Part shown: piece by piece, positions 60,329 to 64,000 of the stretch
Position numbering within the stretch: position 1 is the first letter of the stretch
Layout of the letters: every line of letters begins with the position of its first letter
From: Camelus ferus
Taxonomy: Eukaryota
DNA length: 64,000 nucleotides
NCBI RefSeq assembly: GCF_009834535.1
Contig: NC_045696.1
Location: 310,001 to 374,000 of the forward strand
Reading direction: 5' to 3'
Made by a program: the position numbers and the translations under genes
The notes under the pieces: model-generated
The model's database searches: none
The model's input: only the letters and a program-made list of their open reading frames with translations
Told to the model about the DNA's origin: nothing

Positions 60329-63142
60329 CTGGAGTGGACAAACACCGCAGGAATAAGGAAAAGTGGCCGGACCCTCTTCTCCACCACTGCCCCACTGTCA
60401 CCAGGCTGCCAGTGCGGCTTCTGCACCAGACACCAGAGTCCACTGCTCTATCTGTGAGGTCACCACTGTCAGAGACGAGTAACCGGATCTGAACGAGTCA
60501 TTTCTGTGTGAGCTGCTCCAACGACAGCCCCCACAATTCAGCCGCCCCACCCACTCCCTCACCGCAGACACTCAGTTTAGGGACGTTCAGGGCCTTGGGC
60601 CAAATTGCACAAACAGGTCAGTAGGATGCCGGGCACCTCTCTGGCTCTCCTGGGACCACAGCTCCACACCAGGAGGTGCCTTGGGGGAGGGCACCAGCAG
60701 ACAGCACTGGGCCAGCTACTGACCATGCCAGCCTGCCTGTGCCCCCGTCCCCGCCACAGGGCCTCGACGGGCACACCGGCCATCTGTCCCTCCCAAGGAG
60801 GCTGAGAGAAGGCAGCTTCTCTACCCAGAGCTGTCCCCCCAAGAAGCTGGTGCCGGACCCACACAGAGTTCAAAGTACTGGCGCCCGGCCTCACTCCACG
60901 TGCAGGCACAGATTCACACAAAGGGCACGGCAGGGAGCCATGTGGGGAACATGGCACTAGCAACCAAGGGGCCTACAACCAAGGACCAGTAAACTAGAGA
61001 TTTACCTCTAATGGTGCGACCAGAAAAGTGAGACATTAACATAAAAGTGCTGGACACCAAACTATGCATCTTGTGTTCTGTGCAAGCAGCTATCTTTAAC
61101 AATCTAGGACAACTTCACTTTATAAACAAGGCATGTGACATGAAACGATGCGAGTCACAGCCCCTGGGGAAGGAGAGAGGCAGGCGAAGCAGCGGGACAC
61201 CCACCACCCCTGCCCCGTGCGGCTGCCAGAGCTGTCCGTCCAGAGAGGCCGACGAGACAGCATGACAGCCGCTGCCCTGGCTGCAGCCAACCAGCCACTT
61301 TCTACATGGGAACCCTTCCTGGATTGCAGCACGAAAAGAAATGCATCCCAGAAAGAACAGCCGTGATGAGTGAGGTCCTCCGCCCTCGCCAGCCAGGAGC
61401 ACAGCCGCCCACGGGCCCCGTCCTACGGCTCTGAGAACCAGCATGGAACAGCACCCCCAGCCGGTGCTGGCCGGGCGTGGGGACCACAGGCACAGCACTG
61501 GGCTGAGAGGACCGAGGCACCTCCACTCTCAGGACCATGGCGTCCCATGGAGGGGCTGCACCGCCGTGGCCTCCGTGGGCAGTCTCGTGGATCCGCCCGT
61601 CACCCAGTGCCCCGCCTGCTCCAGCTGACACTCTTCCCGGCGTGGGGCCCCTCACACGTGTAGGACCTGCACCTGTGTCCCCGACTTCGAGGCGGCTAGG
61701 GCTGCGACCACACAGGGCCCCCGGGACCTGGCCCTGCGGCCGCACCCCACTAGGAACTACCTGGCTGGACGGGCGGCTTCCCTCACGGCGGCGGGCAGGC
61801 GGCTTCAGTCCACAAACAGGGTTGACACTTAAAATCAACCAAGGAAACCCCTAGTCCACAAAAGCCTGGGGAACGTGGGGAACACAGGAGGCCAGCCACC
61901 TGCCCAGGTGCCAGCGCCTGACTTCCCTCCGCTGCCTCCTCGTGGCTGCTCAGGAAAGGGTGCCCGGGCTTTGCTGGGTTCTCCCTTCCAATCACTAAGC
62001 ATCAGGTGGTAAAGATCAAGGCCTGAGCATAAACACTCAACCTTTTCCCCAGAAAATTAGGAATTCTAGTGTTAGGTTGGAGATGCCAGCAGAAATGCGT
62101 CTTTAATGTTTTATGTCATATAAAAAATTGAGAAATGCAAAAAAAAAAAGCTAGAAAACATTACTGCAATTTCAATTCTTAAAGGAATAAAAACAGTTTC
62201 ATGTTTTGAATACAATTTCAGACAAGATTTTACTTAACATCAAAACTGTTTCCTTCGGGAATACTTTGACACCCAGATAGGACACAACAGAGGTGTATTA
62301 CCATTTACCTAATCAGTCAAGCTTACGTCACTGGTTTTGCCATAAAAAGTATGCAGTAGTGGAGAGAGAAGAAAACCTAAGAAAAGCTTCCCAAACACTC
62401 TGCCTTCTGGGGGTAGAGGCGCTAAGTGACCTGACTGTGACCGTTCTGCAACTGACACACGTGTCAGATCATCACAGTGCACACCTTAAACCCCTCCACT
62501 CTCACATGTGCATTCGAGCTGGGAAAAGTTTCAATTCTGTCTCCACGTTAAACCCCCAGACGCCGAGAGAGAACCCCGGAGAGAACCAGCTAGGAGGGCG
62601 TGTGCAGGGCGCAGCAGGCCAGCAGCCCCGCGGGACGGCTGAGGCTGACGTCTGGGCTTCCAGGAAAAGGGAAGCCGGGGCCCCGGTCTCTCCCGTCACC
62701 CCAAGGACAGTGGTCGGGAACATACAGGTGACATCTCGGGAGTGACCTGGGCCACCCGGAAACCTCTGCATGTGCACCACTAAGTGTGAACACTGAGCCG
62801 AGCCCAGGCTGAGACGCCCACCAGAACCACCCCGCCTGCCGTACAGGCCGAGGAAGAAACCGCGCCTGTTTCGGGCTCTGGATGAGACAGAAGCACCTCT
62901 TCTGTGCCTCAGGCTCCGACTTGGCCCACGCCCCCATGTCTGCAGGATAAGGCCCCTCCCCACCTCTGCAGGTGCCCAGGGTCGGGGGGCAGCCCTGGCA
63001 CAAGAACCCCTGGGTCATCTCCGGAAAGGCTGAAGGTCAATCCTCAAAACCAAACAAATCACAACTGCTTCCCAAGACAGGGTCATATGTTCAGATGCCA
63101 GAGGGGGCCCTCACCGCCCATCCCATGCCCCTCAGCCGTTAC

Positions 63143-63291
63143 CTTCACTTGCTTTGGATGGACCTCCTTCTTCACAGTGACCAGTGACCGTCGGAACCCT
63201 CTGGGGGCAGGAGGGGCCGCAGGACCAGCAGTGGGAGCTCCTAGTCTTCCTGAGCCGTGGGCTAGCATCTCTCCAGACCCCGAGCCAGCAC
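63143..63291 (-). CDS. PCNT: PCNT exon (equivalent to human exon ~32)
   Basis: Pyrimidine tract plus TAG acceptor, AAG|GTAAC donor, 149 nt; ...AGSGSGEMLAHGSGRLGAPTAGPAAPPAPRGFRRSLVTVKKEVHPKQVK. Confidence 0.85.
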
Positions 63292-64000
63292 CTAGAGGCA
63301 CAGTAAAGGCAGGGGAGAGGATCGCAGCTCTGGGGGGCTGCTTGGGGTGAGGCCAGGCCCCCAAACGCCCAGGAGAGCCACGGGGGCTCCTCTCACCAGA
63401 GAAGACATCCAAGGAGCCCCAAGACTGGTGAGAGTACTTCACAAAAACGTAAGATGAGAACTACACACGTTAAGTAAGAAAACATGCAATCTGCACGTTT
63501 GATACGTGAACATCCACAACCTGAACATAAACCTTCAGGGAACTCGGCTCATTTTCACACAGACGCAGGGTCCAGGCCGACGCCCTGGGAGCCAGCACCG
63601 CCACGGTGGCGAGGGGGCCCCATGAGACACATGCACACCAACCCGTCTGCTGCAAATAGAAGGGCCACCGCTTGTGGGGTCCACGCCACACGGGGCCCCG
63701 GCCCAAGCGCCCCGCCAGGCACCTGGCCTGCCCTCACCAGTGTCCACCCCACAAGGGACACCTGGACACTTGGTGCCATCTGGTGCTCATTTCTGTAACA
63801 GGCACTGACGGGGCAGTGGGCAGAAACTCAGTGAGACCTGTGGACCGGACGTCACAAAACACACGGTGACCCTCCCAGGAGGGGACTGATAACAGGTCAA
63901 GTGACGCTCAGTGCACAGACCCAGAGGCAGACAGACGTGGGGGGAGAGGCAGAGGGGAGCAGGAGCAGGCAGACACGCCAGGTTACCACGGGTTGGTAGG

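Larger units (their letters stand above)
39396..63291 (-). other. PCNT: PCNT (pericentrin) gene, 3' part (last 16 coding exons plus 3' UTR); gene continues beyond the right edge
   Basis: 16 phase-compatible exons encode the coiled-coil C-terminus, the PACT domain (MEKLYLRYLRAESFRKALIYQKKYLLLLIGGFQ...KFRTAVRVVIAVLRLRFLVKKWQ) and the terminal SLTASQDPEHSLTEYIHHLE...DSTSKKPCYQKTKQ*. Confidence 0.96.

Overview
Mammalian genomic DNA, probably a camelid (inferred from the style of the young L1 3' end and the absence of recognisable bovid, pig or primate SINEs). It contains two spliced genes in tandem on the minus strand. The right half holds the last 16 coding exons of pericentrin (PCNT, 63291 to stop at 39839), including the PACT domain, followed by its 3' UTR and poly(A) signals. 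The left half holds the CpG-island promoter (~30900-32450) and first six coding exons of DIP2A (ATG at 31564, continuing off the left edge). All exons chain in frame with GT-AG boundaries. The ~7.5 kb between the genes is mostly a decayed ERV-L provirus with two nested MaLR LTRs. The introns hold L1 fragments of several ages, hAT DNA transposon fossils, a well-preserved solo LTR with a 5-bp TSD, a 44-bp GC-rich minisatellite and a ~600-bp (CAGGR)n array. Most ORFs in the six-frame track are spurious. I found no convincing novel biological system. The best leads are a TSD-bounded ORF1-only composite L1 (half-L1-like), a 5'-inverted L1 missing its RT region, a GAG splice acceptor on the PACT exon, and a possible intronic terminal exon/poly(A) site in DIP2A. 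Repeat family names, exon numbers and human exon sizes come from recall, not from a search.
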